This document shows positions 12,730 to 26,070 of a stretch of DNA of 64,000 nt, piece by piece. The stretch is from Callorhinchus milii (Eukaryota). Position 1 is the first letter of the stretch. The number at the start of each line of letters is the position of its first letter. The position numbers were made by a program, and so were the translations under genes. The stretch spans positions 31,312,001 to 31,376,000 of the forward strand of contig NW_024704743.1 of the NCBI RefSeq assembly GCF_018977255.1, written 5' to 3'. Under the pieces are notes generated by a model, which did not search any database, was not told where the DNA came from, and saw only the letters and a program-made list of their open reading frames with translations.

Positions 12730-13220
12730 ACAACAACAAATTACAATTATATAGCACCTTGAGGAGCCAGTGGAGCCAGGCAAAGATTGGGTCTGATTAG
12801 CTCACGTAGTCTGGTTTGGGAGCGGACACGAGCTGCAGAGTTCTGAATGGTCTGTAGTTTGTGAGGTGAAGAGTAAGGAAGTCGGTGAGCAGAGAATTGG
12901 CCTCGTCAAGGCTGGAAGTGATGAACGCATGGATAAGGGTCTCAGCGGCTAGAGGGGAGAGAGGTATTGCAGAGGCGGCCAATGTTGCAGAAGTGGGGTA
13001 AGGCAGAACAGGTCAAGGCACATATGTAAAGGACAGTTGAGAGTGGAACAAGACACTGAGGTTCCACATTGGCTCCGTGAGGTGTAGAGTGCATCCTTGC
13101 AGATTGATCCTGTCAGCATTTGAGGTGAGAAGGCACTGACAGGAGCCAAGTAGCAGAACTTCTGTCTCGTCGACATTCAACTCGAGAAAGTTTGTTCTCA
13201 TCCAGGATGTCCGACAGGCT
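12730..13220 (-). mobile_element. L2 LINE fragment with internal deletion
   Basis: Translations NFLELNVDETEVLLLGS and AAETLIHAFITSSLD; tail acaacaaattacaattatatagcacc. Confidence 0.8.
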
Positions 13221-14755
13221 ACCGTTGGACATCCAAGAAATTGGGACGCAAGCTATAGTATTCACCAAATTTGCTGAAACTGGTTTGGAAAACTATCATA
13301 ACATGCTTCTTTCAAAGTCCCAAAATGGAGTTTGCACTTACACCCTTCTGACTGAGAGGTGAAAGTTCTACCAATTCAGCCAGACTGACCCTCATCTGCT
13401 GATATAATTCTTTTATGTTAATAACAATTAAACATAGGTGAACATTAATCAAACAACTTGATTCTCAAGGTCAAAAAAAGTACAGTATTTATTAAAATGA
13501 ACTGCCTCAGCACATTGTTCAACAGGCAAGAACAAACAAAACACAGATTTTTAAAAGATTTAGGTTTAGAGTTTACAAAAATGCCTAATTGTGTGTGCTT
13601 CAAATTTTTAATTTTTTAAAAAAATAAACAGCAAAATGGTACAAATGAACATTAGAAAACCTAACACTCAAAAGTTAAGTCAGGTTATTATTAAGTGGGG
13701 CAATTGCAAATACTTGTAGATTGTCTTGCGTTATATTACAAGCAGACTGCCTGATAACACACACCAATAATAATAATAATAAGGTCGGCAACTATTCCAT
13801 TTGCTGGGTACAGGACAATGCAGTAAGAATGATCAGAGAGGCAAGGAAAAAATAGCGCAAGCAAACTCAAAACAAAGTTTGTAAACCACAAAATCTTAGT
13901 TTTCCAAACAACTGCTCTGAATACAAGCTTTATGGGAACTACTAGCTTTTATGTAAAAATGTAGGTTGTAAACTGACAAAATTTTGACATTCTAATGACT
14001 GTATTGAATATAATTTATTTTGGTTGATTCTCCCCCCAACCATCACATTCCTCTCCTGAAGTAGTTGACATGTGCACATTCCAGCAAGGTTGACTGGACA
14101 CCAATTGAAAGCAGGGTCCTTGGATTTTCCCTTCCCTGAACAAGTGGATCTGAAGCCAATTATACTGGCCAAACTATTAGGAACAGCTAACTTTGTGGAA
14201 GCTGGAAATCAAACTTTGACATATTATGGCGTGTACGGCTAAATGGTACATCATGCAGTGCTGTTTTCTGCTGTTTCATCGCAGGAGCTGATAAAAGCTT
14301 CCACAGTAATTCAGAGAAAAACATTTTGCTGTGAAATGCTAAAAGGCTGTTCGTTAAAGGAATACTTTAAATAATCAAGATTTTAAAATATCGTTCAAGA
14401 TTCCTCCACTCTTGCAGCTTATTTAAGCAACATCTTTATCAACAGCATGTGGTGGGCTAAGGGTTAAAAGTACAGCATCTGTCCATCACTTCTCATCAGA
14501 ACTTCTTGATGGCCCTCAGTGCACAACATTATTGAGTTAATGCATCAGCTTTATTTGAAGCAGAAATTCAGCAAGAATGTTCTTCGTTATTACCTTGCTA
14601 AAACTGTGATGAGCGTTTAAGTACCCTCTCTGCTCTACTCCTCCACACAACCATATATAGTACAGAAGTTGGACGGGTTTCAACATCGAGAAACAATTGT
14701 ACCATGCTTGTAAGTCACACAATCCATTGATTTCCTGTTTGCTGCAGAGAATGTA

Positions 14756-15211
14756 CAGTGGAACCTCAATTATCCATGCTCCAATTATTTGCCATTATCA
14801 GGTAGGTGGGCCAAGGGTGAGTGAACAAAGTTTCTAACTTACATGCAGACTGAGTTGAAGGAGCAGGAGATGGCAGCTAGACATGCACACTTTCTTCACG
14901 AATGAACTTAAACATGGCTAAGACAGCGTATAAAAATCACAAGGTGTGGGGGGGGGGAAGAGAATTAGTTGATTTGGCGGAGATGGTACTTAAAGAAAAC
15001 ACAAGTCACTTTAAAAATTAATGATTTCCTCCCACCACAATCACTACTGTACCTCCAGATGCAACAAGGATTTTAAGACAAATGAGACAATTAAATAGTT
15101 TGGAATACACTTTTTTATCTATAAATGCAAACTGCACAACCGTGATTATCCTCCAATCTGAATTATCCATTATGAGCCCCTTCATTAGAGCAGATGATCA
15201 ATATTCCGCTG
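14756..15211. mobile_element. Old Tc1/mariner (Tigger-like) non-autonomous DNA transposon
   Basis: TA|CAGTGGAACCTCAATTATC at the left and GATGATCAATATTCCGCTG|TA at the right form imperfect terminal inverted repeats (13/19 by eye) with TA target sites. Confidence 0.45.
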
Positions 15212-15664
15212 TATTAAGGTTTACAGAAACCCAAGATGTTACTTATGCTAAAAATAAAAAATGAAAATAACAATCACACTTAAAGTAAACCCATACTTTT
15301 CCATAGTCAAGATGATAGGAATGCCAAAAAGACCGACTCTGTTGATACATGGGCATGACCTCAGCAAACAAGTCAAAAGACACCTTTTTCTGAAATTGCA
15401 TTTCAGAGTGAAGACACGTGAAAAGTATTAATGATTCAAATAGATTTATACAAAGAAAAATTCAACGGGGTTTACAGGGCTAATCGAGCAAACAAGCATA
15501 TTCAAAAAAAGGACAGAAAGCGAGTGTAATATTTGAAGCTGATAAGGGTACAGTAAGCTTTTGAAACTAAAACAGGGATCGGGGGGAGAAGAGAGGCTAC
15601 ACTTCTGGCCTTTATTTATCATTGCATTTGATATTTTCCCAGTACGTTGCTACCACTTCTGATT

Positions 15665-16035
15665 AAACACGGTCTCCTTGGAGTTGAACTGGCTCCAAGG
15701 TGACATGCCTGATAACAGAATGTCGGAATCATGCCAGCCCTCTGTGGTGGTCTCGGTAGTCTGGCTCCTGAGCCAGCCGGGTCCGTAGTATTCCAGAGCA
15801 CTGCTGATGACAGCACAGCCAGCCTGGCTCATTGGCAGGACCTGGAATGGCAGACCAGTCACTGGGAGTCATCCCACTCAGCTCCTATTAACCCTGCAAG
15901 CCAAAGCCCTAACAGGTAGGATAGTCCGAGCTGGACAAGCAGCGGGAAAGCTTGCCGGACAGCGATTATCAATGGCAAGCTATACAGTTTTAGCTGGTTA
16001 GACGCCAGCAGTTAACCCAACTCACATTCTGGGGT
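15665..16035 (-). repeat. Unclassified ~400-bp interspersed repeat, copy 1 (orientation arbitrary)
   Basis: The reverse complement aligns by eye with 20605-20847 plus 21630-21667, with 29630-29790 and with 59580-59746. Confidence 0.75.
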
Positions 16036-17559
16036 CCCCAAGCCTTGGCTGGCAAAAAAAAATCTGATCTGATGCAATATGGTTCAACCAGTTTCTTCTG
16101 GATATTTTCAGCAGCTGGGGTGCCACAGAAGATTGCCAAATGTACGACAAGTAGAAAAAATGGCTTAAAATGAACAACATCCACATATCATGTGCAGGTA
16201 TTGACAGATTATAGATCCTATGCCACCCCACAAATTAAAATAATAATAAAGTATACTTCAGAGAGATACTTAAAGAGCCCCTTTTAGCAAAGTTGGCATC
16301 AAGACACCCAAGACATGTTTCAAGATCAGCCTTGGTAGCAATTATATTTTCTATCAATTTTCTGATGTTGCTAAGGCTGCATTACAAAATTACAAAAGAG
16401 GGACTAATTTACAATGCTTTAGTAGAGAACAGATTTTGTTTTGCTATAATTTTGGCAATAAAATTTAAATCCCTATACACTTTAGTACTAAGACAGAATC
16501 ACAGCTTGTTAGAGAAGACCACAAAAGTATGAGCTGCATAAGTGTGTACGTTTTATAACCCACATTAGTTCCATACAAACTACAAATTCATTTAATGAAC
16601 CCAATCTAGATATGTGAGTGACCGCCCGCATCAAAAACATACATCAACCTAATATCCTGCCCAGATGAAAGCAAAACAATAAAAATGCAAAGTAGTTTCA
16701 ACCGTAAGCTGACGGTTTTTATGAAAATATGGCAGTGTGTTCTAAGGAAAGCATTCTGCCATCAGAACATTTTAATAATTTGCATGGGAAACTAGCTTAA
16801 AATAAGTTCAGTACAAAAACATAATCAAATTACTCTACTGCGAAGTGAAAGCCAGAGAGGTTTTGTAGATTTTACAGCTGTATTTCACAAGTCAAGTACA
16901 ACTGACAATGCAGCAAACTACAGCACAATATGTACTCTGTCACCACACAGCAGTGTGCTGCTTTATGAGGTCGGATCTCTTTTATTCTCAAATAAAATCA
17001 AATTCACTGGCAACTATTCTTAGGTCAAGCATGCAGAGCACACTGCAATTTCAGAATATATTACTGAAAACAAGATTAAGGCTATACTGTAGAGAATTGC
17101 ACCATGTCCAACTTAAGATGACAACAGTGAGGCTTTTTGCTTAAGTATGCTGAGTGTCTGTGCGCTTCATAAATTATTAGAGCCATGTCCCAGAGATGGC
17201 AGATAAAATTTGGTAGCCTACATCTGTGCTTCTGACTGCTCAACGCTGCCACTGTGACAGTGCAAACGTCCTGGTCACGATAAGATGGAAGAGCAATTAT
17301 ATAAGTCTCTCCCTGGATGATGAATGTCATAGTATGGAATATATACATAAATGCCTGATAATATGAAAGTTCGAACTGTAGCAGGATAACATAATGCCTT
17401 TATGCATAAACACATCAGGTAATATAGCATTAATAGCATTACCAGATTAAGCCAGAATTTTGCTAGTGGCTTTTCAGGTCCTGACTTCACTTCTGCTCCA
17501 TCTGTGCCTTAGAAGTTGCAGGTCAATGAAGTAGAATTATGTGAAAACTGTAGAACAGG

Positions 17560-17885
17560 AAGTCCCAATTTGAACTTCATGCACTCTGCTCTAACTGGTC
17601 ATCAGAGATGCCGTTCTTTGCATAAGACATTGAATCAAGATTCTATCTGCCCATTCAGTGGTGGTGTTAAAGCTGCCTAATCAACAAGAAAAGGGCCAAT
17701 AAGCCCCCAGATAAAATTGGTCATTCATGCACTTCATGGCTGTTTATGGGACACTGGTGTGCAAAAATTGGGTGCGTCTTTTACATACCACCGATACACA
17801 GTCACTACACTTTGCAGTGAATCCTGGAAGTTCTGAGACATTTCAATGGGTGATGAGGCACTAATTCAAATTGACGTACTATTAT
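17560..17885 (+). mobile_element. Degraded Deu-domain SINE
   Basis: cagagatgccgttctttgcataagacattgaatcaag...ggctgtttatgggacactg...gaagttctgagaca resembles the reverse complement of 24220-24650. Confidence 0.6.
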
Positions 17886-20849
17886 TGGTGTAGAGCCCCA
17901 AAAAGGAAGCAGGGAGAAACATGCCCAAGGAAAGAAGAAAGTGAGCAGAAGAAGAGAGGTAGTGATAAAGTTAATTGAGGCCAATAATAGAAAAGGGATG
18001 TGAGATGGACAAAAGAAGGATGAGGGCAATAGTGGAGAGAGGAAACAACTGGCAAAGCCAGAAAAAATGTCAGTGCAAGTAGAAAACTGGCAAAGTAAAA
18101 GGAAGAAAGGGAAAAGGAAGAAGTTACGGTAAAGGTGACTAAAGACGGACCAAGGTAAAGAGCATGTGCATTTACTACAACATTAACTAGTATTTATATA
18201 GCGCCTTTCACATGGGGTAGTGTCTCAGAGTGCAGCTTGTTCCATATTCTGTTCCTCTCTTTCAAAACAGAAGGTACAGAAGCTTGAGTAACCAAGACAT
18301 GAAGGGGCATAAGAAAAAAACAACTTGCATTTATGTAGCGCCTTTCACACAGGACGACATCCTGGAGTGCTTCAAAAAACAGAAGAAGGAGTTGTAAAAA
18401 TCAAACAACAAAAAACAAAAAATAATGACATACACCTTGGCATTAATTACAGTGAATGTGATTCTAAAGATATGTACAGATATGAGTTTTCTTGAACTCA
18501 CTTGGATGGATTAAATTATTGTCTGTACATGTTTGATTTCAAGATGACAAAATAGATTTGCCAACTCAGAGGTGAATCAAAGAATCTTAAAATTATAATA
18601 TCCAATAACAGCTTACATTTCCACAATAGATATATATCTATATATAATACTTAAGCCGTTGCTGAAATTCCTCTCCAAATTCACACTACAGTAAAATTTA
18701 GCAGAGTGGGGAAGGGTGGAGGGGAAGAGAATGTGTGAGATAAAGTGAGAGAGATATAATGTTGGCCCACCTTCTTCCTTTTTTTTTGGCAGTTTCCTAC
18801 TTACACCGATCACTATTACCCTCATTCTCCTCATCATTTGTCTGTTTAAAAACACCAGAGTAATTCAAATTCAGCATAATAAGGTGCTGTGAACCCATAT
18901 TTGCATATGTATCTTTATATAAGAAATTATATGCTCAATCAGCAACAAATAAATATTGTAGATGGATATACAGAACTTAAGGATTGTAATTGTTTAATAA
19001 AAATATTAAAATATTAAAAATGTGAAAGAATTTATTTTTTAAGAAATTTCAGAGCTTTATTGCTACCAGGCAGACATGGTTTAAAGTTCTTATGAAACTA
19101 AAGTCTCAAAAAAAGAACATTTATGGTGATCAAGGAGCTACAAGACAACTATTTGCGTGTAAAGAGCGAACTTAAGCAGGTCTCGGAAGACATAAGGTCA
19201 AGACTTGCTAAAGTTGAAATGGACCATTATGGGTCTTCCCCAACATAATAGACACAGTTATAATTCTCACATTTCTTGTTGGGATGATGTCTCAAAGCTC
19301 TTTACAGGACATCCTGTAAAGTGTAGTGATTGTGTATTTTGCAGGCGAACGGTTTCAATTGTACTTGGACAGGAAAATTTAGTTAGGTTTAGCAATAGCT
19401 TCCATTTTTCACACTTTCTGTACAAGCACAGAAGATCTTCAATAAATACAATTACGCTACTGTGAAACTACTTACACATTACTAATTTGCTTTATCCTGT
19501 TGGTAATTAGGTTACAATACAACTAGTAACTTTGTACCAATCTTGATTTTGTAGAGTGATAGAACAGTACACAATTTCTGCAGCAAGTAAAACTCAGCAA
19601 GAGAGAAAAAGGTACATTTCCAAATGAGTTACTGCAATGAATCCGATTTCACATTGCTTTGCTGTTTAGTCTGGATGCATTACTATACTTGCCTTGCTTC
19701 TTTAAGCTGCTGCAAACCTTGTGCCTTTCATTAAAGTGAACTTTAGCAAATGAAGCCAATACTCACTGATCAACACTACTGCCTAAACCAAAGACAGCAT
19801 GCAACACCCTTGGCACCACTGCTAAAAAGCAAATGCCTTCAGAAGTCATCAGTAGTGGTGAACTGAACACAGCAGGGTTTGAGAAACACTGAAAGGTTAT
19901 TATAGCAAAAATAAATTCATTCCACTGCTGAATTTTTGACTTGTGGGATGACTATAATTTTGTTTTTGAAAATCTCCTGTTTTATTCAATGCACTTTTTA
20001 ATTTCAGTTTTTGGACGAGGGAGCAGGAAGAGTGTAAATATCAACACCCCTTAAATTCAACATAGCTCATAAACTGAAAGAAGTCATGTGCATCTCACAA
20101 CGAAACTAAGCATTTAAAGTTTTATTGGCTGTCCAGTTCAATCAAAATCAGAGAGCTGAAAGTTCAAAGTTATCCTATTTCTTGCTGAAAGCTTCATGTC
20201 CTCCTCGGATACTAGAAAATCAGCTTCTGGGGAACCTGCATGCTAACATTTTGATTCCTGGCACATTCTCCCCTTGCTCCTAATTTACTCCCTGTAGACA
20301 ACAGAGTATGGTTCCGCCCAAATCTTAAAGTCCAAGAATTTCTTGTGAGATTTTCTGTTGACTGGGGGGCGGGGGGGGGGCACAAATTTATTACTGTTCG
20401 AAAATGCAGGTTCAGGAACTCTGTTCCACTGAGTTTCTGATCTCAGAAACTTCATTATGAGAGAATACACTTCATTATGAGAGAAACTAAAAGTGGAATC
20501 AAATGTTCCATTTCCCCGTGTCTGGTAAAGATTGTATACTCTCCTTCTGGAGGGATACACCATACTAACCTAATTCCAGAGAATATTAAGCACAGGTTGC
20601 CAAGAATGTGCGTTAGGTTATTGCTTGAGTTTAACCGCTGAACCACATAGCTTGCTTTTGAGAGCACTTAATGGTAAGCTTTACGCTGCTTGTCCAGCTA
20701 GGCCCACCCTACTCATTTGGGCTTTGGGTTGAAGTTTTAACAGGAGCCAAGTGGGAAGAATATGTGCCTCCAGTCTCCATGTGTACCCACCTGGCTCAGG
20801 AACAAACCTGAGATTGCCACAGACAGTTGACTCGATTCTGACATTTTAT

Positions 20850-21612
20850 CAACAACAACAACAAATTTCATTTGTATGGTGCCTTTCACGTCAGGAGGAC
20901 GTCCCAAGGCTGGACAGTCAAGGATTTGCACCCGAGCTGTGGGTTGGGATCAGGTGGGATAGAGAGCAGGGAGGGTAGGGCGAGGACGATAACCAAAGCA
21001 CATTTGAAGAGAAAGGTATTGAGACAGGCCTTGAAGGAGGCGAAGGGAATGTGGGATGGAGTTCCAAAGGGTGGGGGTAGAAAGGCTGAAGCACCGACTG
21101 CCAATGGTGGGGCGGGTAGGACGGGGGACGTGGAGCAGGCCGAAGCCTGTTGAGCGGAGAGGTTGGTAAAGAGTTGGCAGGTTACAGAGGTAGGGAGGGG
21201 CAAGGTTGTGAAGGGCTTTGAAAGTGAGTACGAGAATTTTGAACTCTATCCTCTGGGGGATAGGGAGCCAGTAGAACCAGGCGAGGGTGGGAGTGATAGG
21301 TTCTTGGAGCCTGGTGCGTGAGAGAACATAAACACCAGAGTTCTGAATGATCTGCAGCTTGTGGAGGGAAGAGTTGGGAAGATCGACAAACAGGGAATTA
21401 GCATAATAATAATAATAATAATCGAGCTTGGATGCATGGATGAGGGTCTCAGCAGCCTGAGGGGAGAGGCAGTGACGGAGCTGGACGATGTTGTGGAAGT
21501 GGGGGAAGGTAGAACATGGTCATGGCACAAATGTGGGGAAGGATAGTTGAGGGTTAAACAAGATGCCAAGGTTCCGTACTGGCTCAGTGAGGTGTAGAGT
21601 GCATCTATGCTG
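20850..21612 (-). mobile_element. 5'-truncated L2 LINE inserted into copy 2 of the unclassified repeat
   Basis: (AAC)n tail plus stem-loop gcctttcacgtcaggaggacgtcccaaggc; L2 ORF2 remnants (FASFKACLNTFLF); the host repeat resumes at about 21630 (ccttggagccagctcagtcccaaggagacc). Confidence 0.85.
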
Positions 21613-21719
21613 CCAGCACTAACTACAGTACCTTGGAGCCAGCTCAGTCCCAAGGAGACCCCGTTTTGGAAAGAGAAAAAAATCCAACTGGATCGACACA
21701 AAACTGTCCATAATTTAGA

Positions 21720-21872
21720 ATCAGTTGGAAATCTCCCTCAGTGCTGATAAGGAAAAATAAAATAAATGACTGGTACAGCATAGAGCCCACTACTGAGGTT
21801 CTGGTTAAAGCACATTGTTCAAGGAGACTGGAGGAAGCTTTACTCTGCGTCTAGCACATGCTGTATCTGATG
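21720..21872 (+). mobile_element. LF-SINE-like remnant (3' half)
   Basis: ggttaaagcacattgttcaaggagactggaggaagctttactctgcgtctagcacatgctgtatctg resembles the LF-SINE 3' region as I recall it (GGTTGAGGCACATTG...GGGAAGCTTGCACTG...CATGCTGTACCTG). Confidence 0.5.
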
Positions 21873-23258
21873 ACTGAAAGATTAATGTCATTTGCAATGG
21901 AAGTCAGACTATGACATAAAACTGCCCATAATTTGGCATCAATTGGAAGTCATTTGCATATTAATGTAGGCGTTTCCTATAAAATAAACACATTCACAGT
22001 ATATCCTATGAAGCAATTTGAAACGTCTTCCCAACATGAAAAGTACTATATCAATGCAATGATTAGTATTGTTGTTCTAAGACACCAAAAATTTAATAAA
22101 GTGTTTCATTGATCATTCTCGCATGGTGAATCATAAAAAAGAAACACACAATTATAATTTCAATTTAAAACTGAACAATTTGATTCGCAAATAATATGAC
22201 ATACACTGTTTTGCAGAAATATTGCATTTGCTTGCAAAAACAACAACAAATTACATTTGCATAGTGCCTTTCACTTCGGGAGGACTTGCCAAGGCACTAG
22301 CATGACTGGAATTCCCTCACTGTGAAGAACCAGAAAATATACAAAAGGGTTTATTCCAGTCCCAATTGTTTCCCTGTATGTTTCTTCATAACCAGACAGT
22401 GGTTATTTGCATCTTTGGTCTTTCAACAGAACAAGTGGAAATTAGAAAACTGGCTGCTATTGATCTGCGGCAGAGTTCACATAGTAACACAGTGCAACCA
22501 CAGAGATAGCTCCGGTGGATTTTCAGTACCACCTTCTCTGTGATATTAACTGATTACAGTGCCATTGAATCTGATTCTAAATAACATAGTCTTTGAATCT
22601 GACTTGTCCTTCACAATATCCTTTGGCTTCCTTATAACTTCAAAAACACCTAGAGCTACGTTGATACATTAAGTACAAGGATCTTCAAACAAAAATCCAG
22701 TTTTTGCCTTAGGCTACATTCATGCAAATTAAATGTTAATTAAAACTTAAAACAGAAGGAAGGGCATTTTAAACTGTGAAGCAAAAGGACAGTGTAGCAA
22801 ACTGTAGCCAGCAGGAAAAAAAGTGTTAAAAGGATCGAATGGGAGAGAGGCACCTTATTATGTGCACATCATGTTGGACATTCCACTGTGAATTCTTTTT
22901 GGGGCAGGTATATGGCGTTACCTATTTGGAAAGTTGACCCATGTTATTCAGAGAAGCCACACTGTTCCAAAATAAAATGAATATGTAGGTTTCAAATTGA
23001 AAATAAATTGTTATAAAGTTTGAATAAGGCCCTAATTAAAAAGATATGGATAACATTCAGAGAGCAATAGCCCATTATTTTCCCTCCACTTCCCACTACA
23101 CACACACACAAATACAAAATCAAACTGTATGCAGCAATTATCACCAACCTACATGTCAACTAAATGAGTATTGTATTAAAAAAAAGCAGAATACATTGGC
23201 AGCCAACCGGACATGTTGTTAATCAAAAGAACTCAAATCCTCATACTCCACCTGTTTT

Positions 23259-23500
23259 AGAACATATAAGAACATAAGAACATAAGAATTAGGAGCAGGA
23301 GTAGGCCATTCGGCCCCTCTAGCCTGCCCCGCCATTCAATAAGATCATGGCTGATCTATTCTAACTCCACCAACCAGCCTTATCCCCATATCCCTTAATC
23401 CCTTTATCCACAAGAAATCTGTCAATTTCAGTCTTGAATATGTTCAAGGACTGAGCATCTACAGCCCTTTGGGGTAGAGAATTCCATAAATTCACAAATT
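23259..23500 (-). mobile_element. CR1 LINE 3' end (shark-type)
   Basis: (AGAACATA)n tail followed by ggagcaggagtaggccattcggcccctctagcctgccccgccattcaataagatcatggctgatc; very similar to 37040-37260. Confidence 0.88.
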
Positions 23501-23511
23501 AGGTATTGATC

Positions 23512-23880
23512 AGCAACAACTTAAATTTACTTACACTACATATAAATTGAATTTCTCAAAAGCACATAACAAAAATGATACGAAGCTCAGAGCAGTGACA
23601 ACAAGGAGTGAAGGATATTTACAAAAGGAATGGTCAAAAATACATTTGAGGAGGATTTTGAAGGCAGAGAAAGAGAGATTGGGGGAGGGGGGGGGGAGTG
23701 AGGAAGAGAGGTTCAGAGGGCAAAGAGTCTGAAGTCTTGGCCACCAATGGTGGAATGGAGGGAGAAGGAACAAGAAATATCCCAAAATTGGAATATTTAC
23801 TGATGTACTGAAAGCCGGGGGAGCCCTGCGAGGACAGGGATGTGGACAACAAGCAAGTGTAACGTATATGTTGCAAGGGA
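23512..23880 (-). mobile_element. Degraded L2 LINE 3' fragment
   Basis: Translation LSFSAFKILLKCIFDHSF; caacaactt tail. Confidence 0.6.
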
Positions 23881-24219
23881 TTGCAACACTCTTTAGTGAA
23901 TCTTATTCACATTAGTGACACCCACTGCTACACAATGGGGTCCCACTTACAATACTTGTCATGACAGTTATGTTCAGTCCATTAACTGAACTCTGAACAG
24001 TCCCACTGTAAACAAAAGCACTTTTAAAATCAATTCTAGTGAGCTCCAGCTAAGTCACTCCAGGTATAAATGGAAGTGGAGCTTTAGACACTGTACAACT
24101 TATCTGTTCTGAGATATTCAAATAAAATACTACCAGTCTGATGGAGAACGATCCTTGGCAATCCATTTTTATAACTCGTGTCCAATCCAAAGTAATAGTA
24201 AAATATTACCACCAGTACA

Positions 24220-24650
24220 ATATAATAATCCTTGAATTTGATATAATGTCTTATCGTGTTGTTGAGACATCTCAAAGCGCTTCACAGGATACACTGTGAA
24301 GTGTTTTTGACTGTATATTTTGCTGGCAAAACGCAACAGCCAGTTGCTCACAGCAATGTCCCATAAACAGCCATAGAATGGTGACCAATTTTATTTGGGG
24401 GATTTGTTGGCCAGGACATCAGGAGAAATTCCCTTCTCTTTTCAAATCATACAATGGGTCTTCATAAAGTATAACTGAAGAAGCAGATGCGACCTCGGTT
24501 TAATGTCTCATCCAAAGGACGGCACCTCTGACAATGTAGCACACTGCACGGAGTGTCAGCTTATGTGATTCCAAGTCCCGTCATGGGGCTTGAACCCTAA
24601 ACCTTCTGACTCAAGGGCTAGTGTGCTACCACTGAGCCAGCCTGACACAT
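24220..24650 (-). mobile_element. Near full-length tRNA-headed Deu-domain SINE (SacSINE1/DeuSINE-like)
   Basis: Reverse-complement head gtgtcaggctggctcagtggtagcacac...gggttcaagcccc; Deu core ggatgagacattaaaccgaggtc...tcctgatgtcctggccaac; L2-type tail with (att)n. Confidence 0.8.
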
Positions 24651-25288
24651 TACCACCAGTACAAAGAATTTTACTGAAACCCAATGCTATATTATCAGAC
24701 TAAGGTCAGAAACAGCAGCAATTTACATTCATATTGTACCTTTCACTTCAGGAGAACATCTCACTTTACACAGCTGCCGAGGCACCCAAGCTTTTGCAAG
24801 ATGGGGGGGAAAGGTGACCAAAAGCAAAAAGATAGTTCTTAGGGTAGATATAAAGTGCGATAGAAGTCCAAAAAACACATAAATAATGTAGAATATCTTC
24901 CCAAGCCCAAAAATATTTATACACAAACACAATCAGATTTCATAATATAAAAATGAATACTTTTTCAGAACTCTTACACGTTTGCACTTATAATTTACTA
25001 AATCTTGTCAGCTGGTTTGTACTGATCAGACAGAAATAAAATGATGTTCATTTACAGTACTTTTGTTCTAAGATGTGTGTACTGAGTTTTATTCGTGCAG
25101 TACAGCAAAAGATTGGGTGCCTGTCTGAAATTTCATTACCTGCTACATCGAGTCTATTTTGTCAAGTTTTAATTAACATTAAAATTACAGTGCTTAATAT
25201 GTATGAGGTACTGATCAGTCTCACAAAATATCAATATCTTTCAAAGTCAATTACTTTATCCCCCTTTCCCCCATTATTGTACACTTAC

Positions 25289-25373
25289 TGAATCGAGTTT
25301 CTAAAGTGGTCTTCAGCTGGATTCTTCACGGTACAACTGTTCAACAGCCACAAATCTGCATCAGACGAATTCT
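25289..25373 (-). CDS. CDKAL1: Internal coding exon (85 nt) of CDKAL1, threonylcarbamoyladenosine tRNA methylthiotransferase; N-terminal MTTase domain
   Basis: The minus strand reads ctctccactccacag|AG AAT TCG TCT GAT GCA GAT TTG TGG CTG TTG AAC AGT TGT ACC GTG AAG AAT CCA GCT GAA GAC CAC TTT AGA AAC TCG ATT CA|gtaagt, i.e. [29 protein letters not shown]. This matches the vertebrate CDKAL1 peptide as I recall it ([29 protein letters not shown]). Splice sites are canonical AG/GT, phase 1 to phase 2. Too short for the ORF track. Confidence 0.96.
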
Positions 25374-25794
25374 CTGTGGAGTGGAGAGACATTAGAAAAA
25401 TCAGGATTCTCACCAGGAACGTCTGACCCACTTTGGTACATAAATATTATATTCTCCCTTTCTGAAAAAGTCTGGCAGCATTATAATCAAAAAAAACTTT
25501 TCTGTCAAGAGGATTGAAAAAACATTGCTCCTATGGACTAACTGAAAAAAATTAACAATTTATTTCATTGTCAATTTTCTAAACCAATTAATTTTCTTTC
25601 TCCAGTTTTGGCATTTCAACTCATTTTCCCTTCCCCCTGGGGGGTCCAGTTCCATGAGCATTCACCATTCTGCATTTCAACTAATCATTATTCACATATT
25701 TGAGCAAAGACAGTAAGTGTCAGCAGGCCATTCGAACACACAAAATATTGCAGACAAAAAGTAGGAGCTTAAGTAGATTTTGGTACCCAGATCA

Positions 25795-26070
25795 TCAAAG
25801 AATCATAGAAATTTACAGCACAGAAGGAGACCATTTGGCCCATTGAGTCTGTACTGGCTCTCAGAGCAAGGTGTTCATTCAGACCCATTGCCTATACTTA
25901 TGCCCCTTCATAGCCACTATCCTGTCTACTTTTCTTTTGAAACCACCCATGGATTGGTGGGTTTCAAAAAGGCAGGGCATTCCATATCCCAACAATTCTC
26001 TGAGTGAAAACAATTTGCCTTAGCCGCTTCACTCTTCTTGTGACTATCCTGTATCTATGGCCTCTAGTAC
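25795..26070 (-). mobile_element. Older CR1 LINE 3' fragment
   Basis: aatcatagaaatttacagcacagaaggagaccatttggccc tail, then ggcagggcattccatatcccaacaattctctgagtgaaaa. Confidence 0.65.

Larger units (their letters stand above)
1..25288 (-). other. CDKAL1: CDKAL1 intron downstream of the 85-nt exon (continues beyond the window)
   Basis: Starts at the gtaagt donor at 25288. The next expected exon (KAQEENKKIVLAGCVPQ...) was not found by eye in 1-25288. Confidence 0.75.
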
